Positions 30,493 to 50,085 of a DNA stretch of 64,000 nucleotides are shown piece by piece. The stretch is from NCBI RefSeq assembly GCF_009914755.1, contig NC_060938.1; one strand, given 5' to 3'. Below the pieces are notes generated by a model that ran no database searches, had not been told where the DNA came from, and saw nothing but the letters and a program-made list of their open reading frames with translations. The stretch's first letter is position 1; every line of letters begins with the position of its first letter. The translations under genes were made by a program, and so were the position numbers. This stretch comes from the human T2T-CHM13v2.0 reference genome, Homo sapiens.

Positions 30493-30740
30493 GGCCAGGC
30501 ACAGTGGCTCATGCCTGTAATCCTAGCACTTCGGGAGGCCGAGGCAGGTGGATCACTTGAGGTCAGGAGTTCGAGACCAGCCTGGCCAACATGGTGAAAC
30601 TCCATCTCTACTAAAAAATACAAAAATTAGCTAGAAATTGCTTGAACCCAGGAGGCAGAGGCTGCAGTGAGCCGAGATTGTGCCACTGTACTCCTGTCTG
30701 GACAACAGAGCAAGACTCCTGTCTCAAAAATAAAAATAAA
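30493..30740 (+). mobile_element. AluS with ~50-bp internal deletion in the right arm
   Basis: aaaaattagct joins directly to agaaattgcttgaacc; TSD aatgaata. Confidence 0.9.
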
Positions 30741-31201
30741 AATGAATAAAACCTAGTATTTGATAGCACAACAGAGTGATTATAGTCAATAATTTGATGT
30801 AGGTTTAAAAATAACTAAAAGAATATAATTGGATTATTTGTAACAGAAAGCATAAATACTTGGGATAGATACCGCATTTTACGTGACGTGATTATTATTC
30901 ATTGCATGCCTGTATCAAAACATCTCATGTATGCCATAAACATATACATCTATGTACCTACAAAAAGTAAAATTAAAAATTTTTAAAAAGAAAGAAAAGA
31001 AATGCCAGAAAGACACACAATAAATTGTTTCTCTTATGGATAAATGCATGCAAACACTTGCGAAACCCACACAGGGACTGGCAGATAATCTTAAGAATGC
31101 CCATGTTGGTAGGCACTTAAACTTCATTATCTCTTTTGTAGACAGAGCACTATACATAGAAAATGCCTCAATATATATATTGAGTTCTACACTAAAGTAT
31201 T

Positions 31202-31391
31202 TTTTTCTTTTAATTTTATTTTTTAAGTTCCAGGGTACATGTGCAGAATGTGCAGGTTTGTTACATAGGTAAACATGTACTATGGTGGTTTGCTGCACCT
31301 ATCAACCCATCACCTAGGTATTAAGTTTAGCATGCATTAGCTCTTTTTTCTGATGCACTCCCCCACCTCCACCCTCTCCCAACAGGCCCTA
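31202..31391 (-). mobile_element. Severely 5'-truncated L1PA8-like 3' end
   Basis: gggtacatgtgcag...ttacataggtaaac; perfect 14-bp TSD tacactaaagtatt at 31188-31201 / 31392-31405. Confidence 0.9.
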
Positions 31392-32008
31392 TACACTAAA
31401 GTATTAATAGAAGAAGAATGGCAGTAGCTGTTTCCCTGGGCAATCTAAAATTAATCTGTATTTTCATGAAATATATTATATGGTTTGAGACAATAGCTTC
31501 TCCTTGGGTAAGACTGAATTTGTATTGTCAAAGTATAAACTTGTTCCAGAAGTAAAGACTGGATTAGGATCTAAAATTAGATTATGACTTACATAATAGA
31601 TAATATTTTAAAAACTAACAACTCGCTGCATAATGAATTCTCAAATTTTGAGGACTGGTTACCAAGTTAGTTGATTAATTATCCAGGCCCTCTGTCACTA
31701 TTCTTCTAGCCATTTTATTATTAACCAATATGTTTTTAACAGAGAATAAAAAAATAAATCACAGTATATTTAACTGTTGTCAGCAGCCAGGGTCCACAGG
31801 TTGATACCAGAGGTCTATTAAAGATTATTGAAGATTATCTATTAAAGACCAATAATTTTCTGTTCTTGGGTTTGTTACCCATGATTTCCCTGACCCATTT
31901 ATCCAAATAATTAAGAGTTGTTTACATAAAAGAGGAAAATTAAAAATTTCTTCAAGCCAATGCAAGGTACACATTCTTCAAATTATATGCAAATTTTAAG
32001 AAGCAAAA

Positions 32009-32305
<297 letters not shown>

Positions 32306-33631
32306 AAGAAACAAAATCCCTGGCCAGATATCTCTGCTAATAATGAACTCTTAATCTCCTAGGATTTTGTTTGTTTTAGAACTCATAATCTGCCATTCGT
32401 TTGTTTTTAGTTCTAAGAAAACAATAGAGGACGCATGACAGCCATTTGCAATGAATGTGAGCACTGAAATCATACTGTCCCTCCACAGTTGACCATAGCA
32501 CAGTAATAAAATCTTTCCTTCCAATCATTTTATGTTCAACAAGCAGGAAGAAGCTTATTCTACGAAACATTCAAAACATTATTTATTCTTTTGTCTCTTG
32601 CCTTCATCTTGTCTGTCATCCTTATAGAAGATTTAAAGTTGAAACATCTGAACTACTTCATCTACCTCTACACTCTCTGCTTCCTACAGAAGCTGACCTT
32701 TTTATACAACTGTTCAGGCAGCTGGATGACCTTTTATATACAGTAAATTTTCTCCTATTTGGAAAGCTTATACTGGCTTCTTTTCTGGCACCTACACTTC
32801 CACGTAGGTAATACATAAATGTGGAAGTTTGTGAATGCTCTTGAAATCCAGCTGGCAGAAAATGCCAGTTTATAAATAAAATTTACCATGCTCATTTCAT
32901 TTTCCTTTATGTGAAATGTACTCTAAAAGGAAATAGTGTCTTGCTGAACAAAAACTCAAAGAACAAAATATACACAGCTCTCTGGTCTAATGAAAGTATT
33001 TTAAATGGGTAATAAGGCATGAAAAGAGAAAAAAATTATAACATGGATCACTGAACCAAATGATCAACTAAGGAGTCCTCTCTAAAGTAACAGTCAACAC
33101 CCAGCATGCACTTAGGGGGTTGTCAAGCAACAGGGATTTCAGCAGGATCCTTTCTGCTTAAACAAGTTGAAGTTCAATGAAACTGATATGAAACTCAAAG
33201 TCATATCAGTGACATTCTACCAGGGAGCAAATAACATTTTTACAGGATTGAGGTTCTTGTTCAGTGAAGTTGTAGTCACGGTATCAAACGCTTGGTTGCT
33301 TTAATAAAATAACCTAAAGAGAAATCGCAGCTATAGTTGAAAATGTTAAAAGAAATGTGCTTTAAAAATACTTGATCTACCATCATTTTCCAGAGCAGGA
33401 GAACAGAAAGCCCCAAGTAAATTAGGGATCCAATTCAAGAGGCCTCATCTGGGCAGGTCCTCATGCTCTGATTATCCATTTAAGAAATATCTCCTGCCAC
33501 AATCGATGATCACACCAATTACTTCCTTCTAAGGACTACAGTAAAAAATAACTTCTAGTTCTCATTTCTCAAGCTGCAAAAACTAGGTGTAGAATATTTA
33601 CTTGAAACTAAGGCTGGTCTTGATTCTAGGC

Positions 33632-33844
33632 CAGGATCTAGAAAAATTTTCCTATAAAGGGCTATATAGTAAATGTTTTAGGCTTTGTAGGTCACATACA
33701 GTCCGTCACATATTCCTCGAGGTATTTTTGTATGTTTTTTGCAATCCTTTAAAAATGTAACAAACATTCCTAGCTCATGGGCCATGCAAAAATGGATCAC
33801 TGCTGGATTTGACCCATGAGCTATCTATCATTTGCCGATCTCTG
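33632..33844 (+). mobile_element. MER58-family hAT DNA transposon
   Basis: CAG...CTG termini; aagggctatatagtaaatgttttaggctttg; 8-bp TSD ttctaggc / ttctaagc. Confidence 0.8.
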
Positions 33845-33964
33845 TTCTAAGCATTGTTCTTCCAGTGCTTACCTGCTAATTCCCCTGGAAACTGACCACA
33901 CACTAGTATAGCCAGCAGGAATCTTTGGTTTGAACAGGCACCCACTCCCAAAATATCTGTTAAG

Positions 33965-34278
33965 AGATTAAGGGAACCCTTAAAGGAAGGGCTTGTGGCC
34001 CATTTGTGGGGAACGCACTCAGCAGATGGCCTCCAGCTGTTAGCTCCTTCGGAATTAGCCTCAGCTGGAGAGAGATGCTTCACTCCAGATTACACCCTTT
34101 TCAGAGCAGCTTGCGTCCAGTAATTGAGCACGGCGTGAATATAAATGTCAGGCCATTGTGTTCCAACATGGACAATTCTGCTTCCTCCCCATTCCTTTCA
34201 CAGGTCTTGATCCCTAATAAACATCTTGTACCCAAACTCTGTCTCAACATCTGCTTCTGGAGAGTCCAACCTGTGACA
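33965..34278 (+). mobile_element. LTR16-family (ERVL) solo LTR
   Basis: gcagatggcctccagctgttagctcc...aataaacatcttg...aacctgtgaca. Confidence 0.7.
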
Positions 34279-34950
34279 AACTTAAACCCTATATATGACA
34301 ACTGAATTATTCAGTATGCCACACCAAATTAATGAATACCCTTTTCCCAACTGCAAACCAAAAAGGTCACTTTCAGTATCACAACTGTACACAATTTTTT
34401 TGTTATTCTAGTCAACATCTTACATTTTTTAATTTTTTTCATATCTAAACTTTAAAGAATAATAGAAACTAATTGTGATCTTATTCCTGTGTTTTATGAG
34501 ATTTCTTACCTCTTTAGAAGTCCTTGTTTGAGTTTCAAGTTTGTGGCAAAGCCCTCAATCATTCTTCAATTACTCAAAATTATTTTAAAGATTTTTCAGC
34601 ACAAAAGAGAGTTATTTTAAAGATTTTTCAGTATGCTAGTCTCTCTCCATTAACCTATCAAGTCTGCTCTCTACTCATGGGCCTTTCTCCAAGATAAAGA
34701 TTTTTAATGATTGTGCTTTAATGCAAGGTCACTAACTCACATTGAGAGACATCATAATAAACAGAGCTATGAAACCTGTATTTCTGTTGTAAGGATACAT
34801 GGAGAATGTTCATCATTAAATTGAGCAGTGTCATCTTCATGAGGCCATTCAGGGGCAATGTTTCTTATCTCACTATCAGAAATTGTTGTGCTTATCTTAA
34901 GCAATTCATTTTCTTTTATCTTACCTGAATCATGTAGAACTCATCATGTA

Positions 34951-35190
34951 AGAAGGCAGTACAGTGGAGTGGTTAAATGGATCCAGACTGCTTCATAGTC
35001 TAGTTCTGCGGCTTACTTGCTCTACAACCTTGAATGAATTACTTCAACTTTCTGTACCTTATTTTCCTCATCTGTAAGATGGTAATAATAGTACCTTCCT
35101 CACAGGCTGATATCAAGAATGTATATAACATGTACATAATACTTAAAAGTCCTAGCACAGAGAACACATTCAATAACTGTTATGTTATAA
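34951..35190 (+). mobile_element. MIR
   Basis: gcagtacagtggagtggttaa...ttttcctcatctgtaagatggtaataatagtacct. Confidence 0.8.
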
Positions 35191-35429
35191 TTTCCTTTTT
35201 TAAATTGGGCTACTTAAGGCCAAATTCATCTTACTCCATGCGGTACATTCTCTGCTAACTTCCCATGTCTTTTTTGCTCTTGGTTTTCACTTTGACTTAA
35301 ATTTCTGAACCTCCTCTTTTTGAAATGTATAATATTCATCATCTTTTTCTGATTATAAAGTTAATAAATCTGCAAGGTCTAAAATTTATAAAATATGAAA
35401 TTATGTAACATTAATTATTGATATAAATG

Positions 35430-35610
35430 CTATTTATTCAATACTTGGTATATGCTAAGCACTATGCTAAACATTTTGCATGTATTAGCAAATTTAACCC
35501 TCACAGCAACTGTATTGTTATTTTCTTCATTTTATATATGAAGGAATTAAGACCTGGAATAACAACAAAACTTAACCAGAATCTCACAGTTAGAAGTTGG
35601 ACCCGCATCT
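35430..35610 (-). mobile_element. MIR fragment
   Basis: tatgctaagcactatgctaaac...tttaaccctcacagcaac...cattttatatatgaagga. Confidence 0.65.
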
Positions 35611-35872
35611 ACTTTACGATTTCATCATCCTAAGATAACTACTGGAAACATTTCAATAAATTTTCTTCACTTACATGTGTTCTTTGCCTATATGTGTATA
35701 TGCAATATACTTATTTTTTATTAAGAAACTTTATATAATTTTAAATTTATTTATGGTTTCATGTCATTAATTAGTATTTAAATAGAGGTTTTAGTAGCTG
35801 CATAATACTTTACCTCATGTTTATGTCAAAATGTGTTTGAGCCAGTTGCCTCATTGATTTTGCCAACTTCAA

Positions 35873-36299
<427 letters not shown>

Positions 36300-36329
36300 T
36301 GAAATGTGTGTGTATGTATTTAATCCTAC

Positions 36330-36720
36330 TGAATTTTTATTGGAATTGTATTATAAACATAAACTCTCTCAAGGAAAAGCAAAACCTTTACAACCAAGAA
36401 TATGGCATGCCCCACCATTTATTCAAGTCTTCTTTTATAATTCAGGAAAGCTTTATTTTTCTTTATATAGGTTTTATATGTTTGGGGTAAAAAGTATTTC
36501 TAGATATTTCATGGTCTTTATTGTTACTGTAAAAGTGGTTTTTCTCCATTGTATTTTATACTTGATTTTCTATTGAAGGAAAGCTATTTAGTTATGGTTT
36601 TATTCCTTTTATTAACATTTAACTTGTAACAGAAAATCTTATTTCTCGTATTAGTACTATTCACTGCTTATGGTTTTCTTGCATTTCTAGATGCCAATTT
36701 GAAGATCGGTAAAGAAGTAA
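36330..36720 (-). mobile_element. Old L1ME ORF2 fragment
   Basis: gaatatggcatg...ccatttattcaagtcttc...tttctagatatttcatgg. Confidence 0.5.
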
Positions 36721-38115
36721 ATATTATCTACTCCCAGCTTCCATCCCCTCCCTCTTCCTCTGCCTTTGGACTTGGTGGAACAGTCTCTTGGAGCAGTGGC
36801 ACTAAGGGGAGAGCAGAGATTGGTGTGGTCAGCCCCAGCAGGGAATAGTATTTTTTCATTGACATTGTTTAAAAGTCCAAGTTCACAGCAGCAGATATGC
36901 TCTCTGTGCCCTGGGAAGACCTCTCCCACCACAGCCCCTGGGTAGCTACAGTTCTGGAAAGGCTCTGAGAGGGCTTCACACAGGAGTACGCTAGTAGGAG
37001 ATCATACCTGGTTCTACATGGCCAAGAGTGGACAAGGGCATAATAAATTCATTAAATTATCCTAATATTTTTCAAATGTAGACTATCTGTAAGGTGTTTT
37101 AGTCTTTAAAAATAACTGATTAAATCAAAAAGGACCATAGTTTGCTGCCTTACCAAGGGTGAAGGTGTTTTATTAAAGACCATAGTAGCATATTGCTCAA
37201 ACATTATCCCCATATTGTATCTTTATTGACTTAATCTTTGCTTCAGAAGCCATGTGCACTCTAAGTTTGGGATTTTCTATGTGCTCTGGATATGTATGTT
37301 TCCTGGAGAACTGCATATTGTGTTTCTAGTTTCATGGGCTTTGTCTTAGGAAACCTAAAGCACATTGTTACACACACACAGACACACACCCCTAATCTCA
37401 ATGCTGAGGTCACTGCTATGAGTTAGGAGAGTGTGGCTCTATCTCGTTCTCTGCTACCAGCTTGATATATGATCTTGGAAAATTCACTTATGTCTCAGCC
37501 TTGCTTTTCATCCTTAAAGGGGAAAAAGAGTATTTCTAACATTCCTATGATTCTATAACAATCAATGCTCCAAACAGCCAACTTTTAGTTTCTCAAAGAT
37601 TATTATCCAGCTTATGGTTTATGCGTTTTCTTAACTTTTTCTGCCTACTATTAAACATGCAATTTGATAAAAGCCAGTCACAAAAGGTAAAGCCCTGAAA
37701 AGCCTAGATCATGAAACGTAAGAGCTTCATATCTGTCTTTTTCTGAGTTTCCCATCAGATACACTAACTGCATGGAGGCATCTGGATTCCTTGGTGTGAT
37801 AAGTAGCAGCCCTGCACCAGTTTTGTTCTCTTCCTTAGCATTGCCACTTACTAAACTATGACAGCAAAAACTTATCCAACTGCTTGGTTTCAGTGCTGGG
37901 AAATGTATCTGGCTTAAGTAGGAAATTAAATGAAAATTGCAATAAATATTTTTAAGTTTATAGGCATTTATTATTTAAAGCTTAAGGTAAATCTATAGCA
38001 AAACTAAACTACTCTTAATGACAAAAGGAAAATTACTTAAAATTCCATTTCTTAGACTCCTGCTATAACATCTAAACATTTACATCATTTTCCTGCCTTA
38101 GAAAATACAAAGAAA

Positions 38116-38426
38116 GCCCGGGTGCAGTGGCTCATGCCTGTAATCCCAGCACTTTTGGGAGGCCGAGGCGGGCGGATCACGAGGTCAGGAGATCGAGACC
38201 ATTTGGCTAACATGGTGAAACTCCATCTCTACTAAAAATACAAAAAATTAGCTGGGCGTGGTGGCAGGTGCCTGTAGTCCCAACTACTCGGGAGGCTGAG
38301 GCAGGAGAATGGTGTTGACGGGAGGCGGAGCTTGCAGTGAGCAGAGATCACGCCACTGCACTCCAGCCTGGGAGACAGAGCGAGACCCTCTCTCAAAAAA
38401 AAAAGAAAGAAAAGAAAAGAAAAGAA
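38116..38426 (+). mobile_element. AluY
   Basis: ggatcacgaggtcaggagatcgagacc, ggagaatgg, ggagcttgcagtgagc; TSD aaaatacaaa(g/a)aaa. Confidence 0.9.
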
Positions 38427-38500
38427 AAAAATACAAAAAAAAAGTCTCCTCAATGAATTGTATCACTTACACATCTTCAAGGAATTATAGAAAGGGCATG

Positions 38501-39059
38501 TGTATTAGTCAGGGTTCTCTAGTGGGACAGAACTAATAGGATATATGTATATATGAAAGCGAGTTTATTAAAGAGAATTAACTCACACGATCACAAGGTA
38601 AAGTCCCAAGATAGGCCATCTGCAGGTTAAGGAGCAAGGAAGCCAGTGGTGGATCAGTCCAAGTCCCAAAACCTCAAAAGTAGGGAAGCCAACAGTGCAG
38701 CTTTCAGTCTGTGGCCAAAGGCCCGAGAGTCCCTGGCAAACCACTGGTCTAAGTCCAAGAGTTCAAAAGCTGAAGAACTGGGAGTCTGATGTTTGAGAGC
38801 AGGAAGCATCCAGCACAGGAGAAAGATGAAGACCAGACGACTCAGCAAGTCTGGCCTTCCATCTTTTCCTGCCTGCTTTATTCTAGCAACGGTGGCAGCT
38901 GACTAGATGGTGCCCACCCAGCTTGAGGATAGATCTGCTTCTCTCAGTCCACTGACTCAAATGTTAATCTCCTTTGGCAACACCGTCACAGACATACCCA
39001 GGAATAATACTTTGCCTCCTTCAATCCGATCAAGTCGACACGCAATATTAACCATCACA
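38501..39059 (-). mobile_element. Solo MLT2A2 (HERV-L) LTR
   Basis: tgtattagtcagggttctctag...tattaaccatcaca; perfect TSD GCATG at 38496-38500 / 39060-39064. Confidence 0.88.
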
Positions 39060-39639
39060 GCATGTTACCATCCCAGTCAGAAAATGAAGACCTGAATCAC
39101 CCATGCTGAGATGTGAAAATAGTTTATGGTTATTTTCTTCCACACATCCCTCATGGAGAGATCTTTTGAAATGACAACATGGTTACGCATTATGAGTGCT
39201 TACTTATCAGCTCTATAAGTTGTCTTATGAGGTAATGAACTATTACTATTTTATTTCATGGTTATTTTATCTAATTAAGTCAACTAACCTGCTGTTCTTT
39301 CACATAACGCCTAAAGCTTTGAAGTTGCATATTATTACACACAGAGAGAGGACAAAAGAGAAAGCTGCCAATGTGTGTGATCTCCTGAGCCCTGCTGCCT
39401 TTCCCCTGCAGAGAGGCAATGCAGGGCAGAGGAGGAAGACCCTAAGCCACATATCTTTGGTTGAAACACACTACCCAGGAAACACTGGGCAATTGGCATA
39501 CTCTCTATGCCTCTGATCTATAAAATGAGAATAACACTGACGTTGGCCTCACAAGGTGGTAGTAAGGACTTGAGCTGATTGATGGCTCCTCCTGATACAT
39601 TGGGTGTGCTATATAAGCATTTTCCCATATCTTCCTTAT

Positions 39640-39920
39640 TGGTGCCCTGCTCCAGCACCCTGGGCTTCTTTAATTCCTCAAATGTGAGGAGCACACTACT
39701 TCCTGTAGAACTCTGCGCAGTTTATTTCATAATACTCACCGCATAAGTAATGATGTGTGCATTTGTGTAACTATTTGCTTAAGGTCTGCCTTCTCCACGG
39801 GTGTAACTTCCATGACATCAGGAACTCTATTTTGTTCCTCACTGCATAACCAGGGCTATGTCAATGCTCACAATGGATGCTCAATAGATGTTTGTTGAAC
39901 ATGGAGTGAATAAATAGAAA
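39640..39920 (+). mobile_element. L2 3' end
   Basis: ttgttcctcactgcataacc...gctcaatagatgtttgttgaacatggagtgaataaat. Confidence 0.65.
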
Positions 39921-40774
39921 ACCTAAAAGAATAAAACCATCTAAATAATTTTTAAACCATTATTGGGTTTGTTAAGTCTTCATGGTTTAAGTCAGTTCCT
40001 TATCTGCAGTATCATATTACAATATCAAATCTCAATTTAGCTTGAAACCTTAGAGGTATGCTCTTACATATTTTCTTTCAAAGTGTTTCTTGAGAAACCA
40101 TATTGCAGAAGTTAATCATGTCTTTTAGAGAACTACATAAATATATTACAGGATCCCTGGGATTATTTCATTTTTTTCTTCTTTGGAAGAAATACCATGA
40201 ATGAAAATCTAATCAAATTGGATCAGTCAATAGTAAACACAGTGTTACCAGAACAAAACTTCTTACCAGATGATGCAGGACTTTGAAACGTAATATTTTT
40301 CCCTTTAGGAAGCAGAGACAAAACTCCAATAAGTTCACTGTACCCTAATGATACTATTATTTATTATTTTGGTTTTGGGAATGCAATTTTTAATGAGGAT
40401 GTACATGCAGAGCAAGAAAATGATGTTTTGTAGGAAGTACATATTTGATTTTTCACATTACTAGTATATTATTATAATACTACCTTTGTAAAAGAGAATT
40501 AGTACCCTGAAAGAGCACTTTGAACCATTCTGGGAGAGGGTTTTATATAAAAATAGTATTCAAATCATCATTCAAAATACACAAAGCGTTTAGTAAACCT
40601 CTGACCACTGGGAAAGTAAATATGCTTGTCAAAAGCTCTGTTGAGTTAGCAACCTCAGAATGCATCACTGTGCCTTTTGCTCAGTTCATTCAAATATACA
40701 ACCTAGTTACACATTTATATTTTTCATTTATTTTTTACCTTACTATACATTTTCATTTATATTTTTCCCTAACT

Positions 40775-40940
40775 ACCTTGCTACTCAAAGTGTGGCCTGC
40801 AGACCAGCAGCATTGACATCACCTGGAAGCTTGTTAGACATGCAGCCTGTAAGACCACACCTGATGTACTGAATCAGAATCAGCAATTTAACAAGATCCC
40901 CAGGTGATTTGTATGCACATTACATTTTGAGAAGCATTGC
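40775..40940. mobile_element. MER5A-family DNA transposon
   Basis: gctactcaaagtgtgg...cagcagcattgacatcacctgg...aacaagatccccaggtgatt...ttgagaagcattg. Confidence 0.85.
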
Positions 40941-41109
40941 TGTAAAGTTTTACCCAAAGCAATGAGAGTTAAATGAGGAATTTCAGTGCAGAGAAGAAAT
41001 ATAGTACTTATGAAAAAAGAGCGAATTTGTTAAAGTTCAGGAGAATGGTCATGTAGCAGCTGATGGCAATAGAGTCAGACAGACTTAGCCTCCAGCTCTG
41101 CCTCTCACC

Positions 41110-41475
41110 ACCTGTGTACATGAAACACTTCTTAGTCCCACCGCACACCCTCTCAACCTGCCTTTTTACTCCAGCCATTGCTGTGGGAACCAACACTGCA
41201 AACCTGTAACCTGGTAATACCTCACCTCAGCTGCTCTAGGTAGCTATCACTTTCACCCAGGGTTTCACTGTTGCCCCCATGAGAGATGCCTTTGGGAACC
41301 TGCTCAGTCATTCTAAGCCATCTACATGCCTTGAAGTCAGAATTCTCCCTCATGGGGCAACCCTTGACCAAACCTGAATGACAGCTGCATTCCATTCTAA
41401 GGTGCATTTTATGAGACCTCTCGGACCGTTCCCAGCAGAATAAGCCCCATTTGCCCATAGCAGTGGCTAGCTGTA
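41110..41475 (+). mobile_element. LTR16A-like fragment
   Basis: ggggcaacccttgaccaa...ttctaaggtgcatt...gccccatttgcccatagcagtgg. Confidence 0.6.
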
Positions 41476-41484
41476 TATAGAACT

Positions 41485-41972
41485 GTGGCTTTCTTCTAAC
41501 CAGCAGAATATGCAAAGACAGTAGAACATCATTCTTGTGATGACATTACATTATATACAGCTCTCTCTTTCTAACAGACTCACTACTTATTATCTCTCCT
41601 TAGCTGGCTCTGAAGAATTAAATGGTCATGTTGGGAAAGCCACATGGCAAGGAGCTGAGAGTGGCCTCTAGGAACTGAGAGTAGACTCCAGCCAACAGCC
41701 AGCAAGAAGCCAGGGCCCTCAATCATGCCACAGGGAGGTGAATTCTATCAACACAGCAAGTAAGCTTCAAAGCAGATTTTTCCCCAGTTGAGCCATTGGA
41801 TAAGGCTGCAGCCTGGCAACACCTTGATTGCAACCATGTGAGGCCCTGAGCCAAGGACCCAGTAAGCCATGCCCTGCATCCTGCCCACTGAAACTGTGAG
41901 ATAATTAATGTGTGTTGTGTTAAGCTGCTAAGTGCATTGTAACTTCTTATGCAGCAACAGAAAACTAATACA
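41485..41972 (+). mobile_element. MLT1 (MaLR; MLT1F/G-like) LTR
   Basis: gccacatggcaaggagctgag...cagccagcaagaag...gcagcaacagaaaactaataca. Confidence 0.8.
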
Positions 41973-42020
41973 CCCTCCATTTTATTCTGCAAGCTCCATG
42001 AGGTTAGGGACCGTGTCTGA

Positions 42021-45143
<3,123 letters not shown>

Positions 45144-46517
45144 CAGTGACACATAGCAGTTCTTCAATAAAAATGTTATATGTATAAACATATCTCTGAG
45201 TTTCCTAAAACAGAATTCACAGTATGCATGTCTAAAAGTATATTCTTCCAGCATTAATGTGGTATAAGAAGAAACAGCCATGTATTAAATCGCTATCATC
45301 GGGCTACATATGATACAAATTATAACACAAAAACACAAATAAAACAGGCAATCATAAAGGAAACAAACCCAGAAATAGTTTTTGCTTTCAATACTCCTAA
45401 GTGTCTGACCAAGATTTGCCTCAATATTTTGTCTTGAGGTTTAATGCTCCAGGCTTCAATCACAAAAAGACACAATTAACATTCATTTCCTTCTAGCCTG
45501 TTTTCCTATGCCTTTAAAAAAAACAGTTGAGCACATACTATGTATAAAATTAATACCTGCGTTATTTCTCTTAATATCCTATTATGAGCATATTCCTTGT
45601 CATAAATCAGCCATTTTTCACAGACACATTTGAAACGCTAGGCCTTGGGTGATTTTGGTAATTTTCTGCCAGCATTCTCTGCCTGATATTATCTTATATA
45701 AACAGCCAGTCATGCAGAACAGGTGTGACGCAGCTGACTTCTGCTTTGGTGCAGCCAACTAGACCCAAGTTTGCTAATTTTAGTCACGTCCCTCATCAGA
45801 ACACTGATTCAGTGTTCCAGATGAAACCCTAACACACTGAACATCACAACACTCTAGTTTATAATAAATTTAAATCCTCTTCTGGCCTAAAACTCCTTGC
45901 CAAGGCCTGTTATAACTACTGCAACAAATTGATGCTAAGTTGTTTTATATACATATATAAACATTGGTAATTTGGCCATGGACATTCACTTCCTGGATGA
46001 ATTTTTCATTTTCTCACTTCATTGCCTTAATCTCACTCAGTATGGATTTCCCATCCAGATGCCATATTAAATGTGTGCCAATAACTAGCATGAGTTGGGC
46101 TCAAAAACCCCTTGCTTGTATTGTTATCTTGTTTACTTAGTACCCTCTTACAAAGCTAGTGACAAAAAATTGATTAAATATTCTGGGGGGAGGATAAAAG
46201 ACACAAAGTCAGAGCTATTGGTTACTTTCAAAAGATCAGATCAACAGGTGTTTGGATCAGTAAGTCTAATTACTTACTTTTCCTTATTGAAGGGACTTTC
46301 TAACCAGAGAGAATCTACTATTATTGAAAATCAGCCAAAAACAAAACAAAACAAAAACCTTCTTCAGGAATAAAAATTTCATGCTTGTTTTGTTATTGGT
46401 TCTTTGACCAGGAATGGGTCTTCTCTTAAATATCTCAGGGTTGTTCTTTTTTATTTTTATTAAAGGCCATTTCTCTCATTTGATTTCCCAAAAACATTGA
46501 GAATAACAGCTAACATA

Positions 46518-46982
46518 CAGTCAGCCCTCTATATCTGAGTTCCATATCCATGGATTCAACCAACCATAGATGCAAAATATTCAGGAAAAAAACCACATTT
46601 GTACTGAACATGGACAGATTTTTCTTGTCATTAGCCCCTAAACAATACAGTAAAACTATTTACATAGCATTTGCATTGCATTAGGTATAACTAATCTAGA
46701 GATTATTTAAAGTATACACGAAGATGTGTGTAAGTTATATGCAAATACTATGCCATTTTTAATTTTTTTTTAAGACATGGGGTCTCACTATGTTGCCCAG
46801 GCTGGCCTTGAACTCTTGGGTGATCCTCCCACTTCAGCCTCCTGAGTAGCTGGGATTATAGGCACGCACCACCAACCTGTCTTTATTATGCCATTTCAAA
46901 TAAGAGGATTTTGGTATCCTGGAGGGGAAGGGGGTTGTGGCGGTTTTGGCACCAATCCACCATGGATACTGAGGGACAACTG
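46518..46982. mobile_element. MER2 (Tigger/TcMar) with nested FLAM
   Basis: TA|CAGTCAGCCCTC...GAGGGACAACTG|TA terminal inverted repeats with TA TSD. Confidence 0.85.
46759..46886 (-). mobile_element. FLAM Alu monomer
   Basis: ggggtctcactatgttgcccaggctgg; TSD tatgccattt at 46749-46758 / 46887-46896. Confidence 0.85.
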
Positions 46983-46989
46983 TACTTGA

Positions 46990-48610
<1,621 letters not shown>

Positions 48611-49634
48611 GAACTCCATATATAAGCCTCATAAGGGTTTATTGTTGTATCTTCAATGCCAAACAAAATGTGTGGCAAAAAGTAGGTTGAACAAATGAAT
48701 TGATGAATAAATATTGTGTTTCTGTCTCAGTTCATGCTCTGATTTCTTCACATCTTTAAAAAATGGTAAAGTAGATACCTTACTTAAAAAGATTCTGACT
48801 AATTGAATGTAATGATCAACACTGTAGCTCGAGCATACAGGGCCTGTTACTATACCAAATACTGTGTTGAGTTCCTTGCATTCTCTGCCTCTCCCACCCA
48901 ACAATTAGCCTACAAGTGCTATACAAGTAGTTCTCTGACACTGTTAGCCTCCTGAGTCCGAGCCTTCACTACCTACATCCCCTCCCTCTTCATCCCATAT
49001 GGCCATTCTCTCTCCATATGTGCATACAAACCTTTTGGGAATCCATTGCATATGTCACATTTTTTAAACAGGTTATCCTGTGATGCACATTAGACATTTC
49101 TAAGACCATTTACTACAAGGTTGATTTTTCTTTGAGAACTTATTATATTTACTTTTGGACTCAACACATTTTTTCTCATTAAGCTTCTCAAGTCATCTCT
49201 CCTTACTCATCAGACAAATGCCATTCCAGGTGAGGAATTTTGTGTCCTAAAAGCCTGAGTTTTTAAAGAGCTATTTGCAAATTATTGTTATTTTCTGGAT
49301 CTGACTGACATACCAGGTGAGAGTTGTCAGCTGTTAGCTGACAGTTGCAAATCCAGGGGCCTTAAGTCAAGACTCCAGATAAGAAACACAGCAGCCCAAA
49401 CTAAAGGTACTATTTCCAAATACATGTCTAGGTATTTGCTTCTCTTTTTTTAGAATAAGATCAGATTATATATAAATTATATTATTGCATAGTATCTCTT
49501 TCATAAGGTCTGTTATGGTGATAAAAATCAATAAATATATGTGAAGTGCTTAGAACAGTACAATGCAATTTAAGTATGTGTTGCTATTTTCTTTTCCTTA
49601 AGATGACTAATTATTTAATAGTCTAAGTGGGTAC

Positions 49635-50085
49635 TATATTAGGGTTCTCTACAGGGACAAAATTAATGGAATAGACATATATATAAAGGGGAGTTTATTA
49701 AGTATTAATTCACATGATCACAAGGTCTCACAATAGGCCGTCTGTGGGCTGAGGAGCAAAAAGAGCCAGTCTGAGTTCCCAAACTGAAGAACTTGGAGTT
49801 CGATGTTTGAGGACAGGAAGCACCCAGCCTGGGAGAAAGATGTAGGCTGGGAGGCTAGGCCAGTCTCTCTTTTCAGATTTTTCTGCCTGCTTATATTCTA
49901 GCTGTGCTGGCAGCTAATTAGATTGTGCCCACCCAGATTAAGGGTGGGTCTGCCTTTCTCGGCCCACTGACTCAAATGTTAATCTCCTTTGGCAACACCC
50001 TCACAGACACACCCAGGATCAATAATTTAATCCATGATTGAATCCTTCAATTCAATCAAGTTGACACTCAGTATTAACCATCACA
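49635..50085 (-). mobile_element. Solo MLT2A1 (HERV-L) LTR
   Basis: tatattagggttctct...gaaagatgtaggctgggaggctaggccagtc...tattaaccatcaca; TSD ggtac / ggtat. Confidence 0.88.

Noticed and set aside
30493-30740. Alu with right-arm deletion, considered as a spliced or novel SINE
   Set aside because: No clear GT-AG boundaries; an ordinary internal deletion is the simpler explanation.
45695-45745. TATATAAA followed by E-boxes and TGACG, as a possible promoter
   Set aside because: Such motifs are frequent in AT-rich DNA; no CpG island or downstream exon support.
49325-49343. Inverted repeat TGTCAGCT-gtt-AGCTGACA
   Set aside because: An 8-bp stem is expected by chance in 64 kb.
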